A DNA stretch of 10,948 nucleotides from Octopus sinensis (taxonomy: Eukaryota). The notes under the pieces are model-generated. The model had not been told where the DNA came from and made no database searches. It saw only the letters and a list, made by a program, of their open reading frames with translations. Each line of letters begins with the position of its first letter. The first letter of the stretch is position 1. The DNA is taken from contig NW_021827164.1 of NCBI RefSeq assembly GCF_006345805.1, positions 1 to 10,948 of the forward strand. Direction: 5' to 3'. Of this stretch, positions 8,260-10,948 are shown piece after piece. Made by a program: the position numbers and the translations under genes.

Positions 8260-9102
8260 CTATCGTCATCATCACTGCACGACCTCCACTCCATCACCAC
8301 CACTACCACCACCACCACTACTACCGCTACCACCAGTGGTCGGAGTGGTCGTGCCTGGAATGTCTTGGATCATAGTTCCGTTGGATCAGGTTTCATCTGG
8401 TTCCAAACAACAACATCAACAACAACAACACGTACATGAGGCACAGCTGTACGCTTAACATGATACTTGTGTTTATACGTATCGCGAGTAATCAGCTCAA
8501 CACTGCAATCAGGCCTTCCACCACGACCACCACCACTGCCACCGCCATGCTCGGTGTCGTCGTCGTCGTCATCGTCGACATCGACACTCACTGCCGCATC
8601 TTTTCTATAAACATTCACCCCTACCCCCAGCCCTACCCAGCCTGTGAATAGCAATATTACTGTCATCATCATCATTGTCATCACTACTCTCATCACCACC
8701 ACCACCAACACAACCACCAACACCACCGCCATCATCATCACCATCATTATCATCGTCGTCGTCGTCATCATCATCATTGCCATCATCATCATCATCGTCA
8801 TCATCATCATCATAATCATCATCATCACCATCACCATCATCATCATCACCATAGTCATCATCATCATCATCGTCATCATCGTCATCATCATCATCATCAT
8901 CGTCATCATCGCCAAGCGCCGCGCCATTTCTGTAAACAAACTCAACCATTATCGGTAGTCGTACCTTCATCATCTGATAAGGATAGTGAAATCTATGATA
9001 ATGGCGGCGGCGGCGGCGGTGATGGTGGTGGTGGTGGTGGTGGTGGTATTGGTGGTGGTGGCGGTGGTGGTGATGGTGGTGGTGGTGGCGGCGGTGGTGG
9101 TG
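8180..9102. repeat. Trinucleotide array cluster: (CAT/CAC)n 8180-8275, (CCA)n 8293-8335, (CAA)n 8408-8430, (CAT/CAC/CGT)n 8664-8909, (GGC/GGT)n 9003-9101
   Basis: Direct reading; arrays separated by short unique spacers; explains the poly-I/D/M/V/T ORFs. Confidence 0.95.
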
Positions 9103-9231
9103 CTGGAGAGAAGATAAGGTCCTTTAAGAGGTTGGCTGATGAGAGAAATACTGAAAGATTGCAGGAATTTCACTTAAGATCTCCATTTAGATTACATATC
9201 GCGCCGCCACAGTTTCACACGTCCCTTCAAG
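8652..9231 (+). CDS. Speculative internal coding exon, His-rich then Gly-rich low-complexity peptide
   Basis: Stop-free frame 8652-9413, AG at 8650-8651 after a C-rich tract, and AAG|GTAAAC donor-like site at 9231/9232. No recognisable domain; the repeats are intrinsically stop-free on this strand. Confidence 0.12.
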
Positions 9232-9240
9232 GTAAACATA

Positions 9241-9247
9241 AACACAC

Positions 9248-9283
<36 letters not shown>

Positions 9284-9292
9284 GCGCGCACA

Positions 9293-9338
<46 letters not shown>
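9241..9338. repeat. (CA)n microsatellite with internal (CG)4
   Basis: Direct reading. Confidence 0.95.
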
Positions 9339-9499
9339 AGTTACAAAGAGACACGTGCACACAGTTGCCGACATTTTAATCAATCCTATACGGAAAGAAT
9401 TTTTGTACGTGCATAAATGGTGTATAATCAGGAGTATATACATAGAGATTGATCATATCTGTGTATATATATATTGATACAGTCCTACAATTTGTGTGT

Positions 9500-9705
9500 A
9501 TCAGTGTGTGTTTTATATACGTTTGAGTGTGTATGTATGTGTATAAATATATATGTACGAATATATGTATATATATAATGATTCTGACTTTATAAATTAA
9601 TTATCTAAAGATTTCTGAATCGAAACAGCTGTCAGAGATGTTGTCATATTTTATAATTAATAAATAATTTTAATAATTTTATTAATTACCTCTCCATTTT
9701 CTCCT

Positions 9706-9746
<41 letters not shown>

Positions 9747-9880
9747 ACATTAATACTGTATCATACATCCAAAAAGAAGCACATGTGTGTATACGTGTGT
9801 ATGTATGTATGTATGTATATACATACATATGCACGCACACACTCATATGTATATATGTCTGTATATGTACATATGTATAC

Positions 9881-9924
<44 letters not shown>

Positions 9925-9985
9925 TGATCTAAATATGTATATATGTAGATATACACATACATATGTATATATACATATAAATAGA
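9500..9985. repeat. Dispersed (TG)n/(TA)n/(TATG)n microsatellites, including perfect (TA)n at 9709-9742 and ~9884-9921
   Basis: Direct reading; explains ORFs 9682..10029, 9785..9988 and 9843..10031. Confidence 0.9.
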
Positions 9986-10236
9986 TAAGGATATAGAGAC
10001 ACCCATTCAAACATACAGCATAAAACCACACAAATATAGATGGTTATTAATGAAGGATTATGAATTACGGGCTAAATACTTTATAAAGTCCTTATTAATA
10101 CAAATCCACCAAGCTAAGAAAAATTTTTAGATTAGTAAGAGTACAGCGAGTATGCTTGTAGCAGGTTATTGTTCATCACCATTCTATACAGTGAATCCAT
10201 GGATGTAATCCAAGTTAGACTGGTCTAACATACGTG

Positions 10237-10264
<28 letters not shown>
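10237..10264. repeat. (CA)14 microsatellite
   Basis: Perfect run just upstream of the R4-like remnant. Confidence 0.95.
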
Positions 10265-10267
<3 letters not shown>

Positions 10268-10274
10268 ATAGATG

Positions 10275-10870
10275 TACTGGAGGGTGAACCTTAGGAATGA
10301 GCAAATGTTTTCTCTGTGTCACATCTGCAAAAGTGTGGATGAAACCATTGCCCATATCACGAACGAATACCTGTTACCGAAAACGACTGCAAATTGTGGC
10401 GACACAACCAGGTAGCGAAAGTGCTATTCTGGAAACTGCGAAATGTGGGGGGCGAGAGAGAGAGAGAGCCAACACGTGGTATGAGCATAAACCGCAGAGA
10501 GCGGAGGAATTGGAGACTAGCAAAATGCTCTGGGATTTCTCAATCCAAACATATCAGTTGCTAGAGCATAACAGATCAGACCTAGTGGTGGTTGTCAAGA
10601 TGCACCACACATGCTATAGAGATAGATACAACCCTCTTAAGTACGAAATAGCCCGGCTATGGAAAATGAAGTAGGCGAAGATAGTGTCAATTATTGTTGG
10701 GTCCTTGGGGACAGTATACGATGGCATCAAGGGAATATAAATGAAATTGGAATAGGGTGCCCAGTAGAACTGTTGCAAAAGGTTTGCCTCCTTGGCAAAG
10801 CCAGAATAATTAAATAGCTGAAAAGAACAGCTAACATGATACCGTAGGCTGCAGGCAGCAAACCCGCTAC
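10275..10870 (+). mobile_element. 3' fragment of an R4/Dong-like non-LTR retrotransposon: CCHC zinc knuckle plus restriction-like endonuclease (RLE), pseudogenised
   Basis: One frame gives CHICKSVDETIAHITNEY from 10317 (CX2CX8HX4C with the last C mutated to Y). A second gives WRHNQVAKVLFWKL (10397-10438). The ORF frame gives WYEHKP, LWDFSIQT..LEHNRSDLVVVVK (RPD-like motif at 10573-10581), DRYNPLKYEIARLWKMK*..IVSIIVGSLGTV. A further shift gives EIGIGCPVELLQKVCLLGKARIIK* (10743-10817). Colinear with the known C-terminal pattern of R4-clade RLE elements. Confidence 0.9.
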
Positions 10871-10882
10871 GCATGCATGACT

Positions 10883-10948
10883 CGAAATTTTGGGGGAGGG
10901 TGCCAGTCAATTAGATCACCCTCAGTATGCAACTGGTGCTTAATTTAT
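10883..10948 (-). mobile_element. 3' part of a further octopus-type SINE, cut by the window edge
   Basis: cgaaattttgggggagggtgccagtcaattagatcaccctcagtatgcaactggtgcttaatttat is colinear with the recalled octopus repeat ccgaaattttgggggagggggccagtcgattagatcgaccccagtacgcaactggtacttaatttatcgacccc. Identified from memory only. Confidence 0.6.

Noticed and set aside
7896-8973. Minus-strand poly-Asp ORFs (7896..8333, 8605..8973) as acidic biomineralisation proteins
   Set aside because: These are simply the GAT phase of the (CAT)n arrays. There is no signal peptide or family motif, and the same DNA gives poly-M and poly-I in other frames.
9135-9154. Hammerhead ribozyme (CTGATGA...GAAA)
   Set aside because: No stem II can form between the motifs, and flanking stems I and III are not evident.
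15-10031. Most ORF-track entries (HT, SL, IY, VC, poly-I/M/V/T peptides) as genes
   Set aside because: They are translations of di- and trinucleotide arrays that lack stops in some frames; no domains are recognisable.
10214-10229. Palindrome gttagac-tg-gtctaac as a regulatory site
   Set aside because: A 7-bp inverted pair with a short spacer is expected about once by chance in 11 kb.

Overview
Eukaryotic, AT-rich, microsatellite-saturated DNA with no recognisable intact gene; most likely intronic or intergenic. From memory (not a search), the SINE fragments match families abundant in Octopus genomes, so the host is probably an octopod cephalopod. Supportable features: (1) three decayed non-LTR retrotransposon remnants found by reading across frameshifts: a CR1/Jockey-group 3' end (minus, ~1100-1480), an RTE-clade reverse transcriptase N-terminal half (plus, ~3535-4420) and an R4/Dong-like CCHC + restriction-like endonuclease 3' end (plus, ~10275-10870); (2) a complete 274-bp non-autonomous hAT-type MITE with degenerate TIRs and an 8-bp target-site duplication (1704-1977); (3) four tRNA-derived SINE fragments; (4) a 7 x 14-bp G-rich minisatellite, a 2 x 32-bp tandem duplication and many di-, tri- and tetranucleotide arrays, which explain most ORF-track entries. 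I cannot support a new biological system. The most interesting unexplained signal is at 8650-9230. A (CAT)n array and an opposite-polarity (GGT)n array flank a 71-nt loop with a Watson-Crick anchor, so a plus-strand RNA could fold into a long G.U-rich hairpin. The same stretch is also a stop-free His-rich/Gly-rich frame bounded by AG and GT. Both readings are hypotheses.
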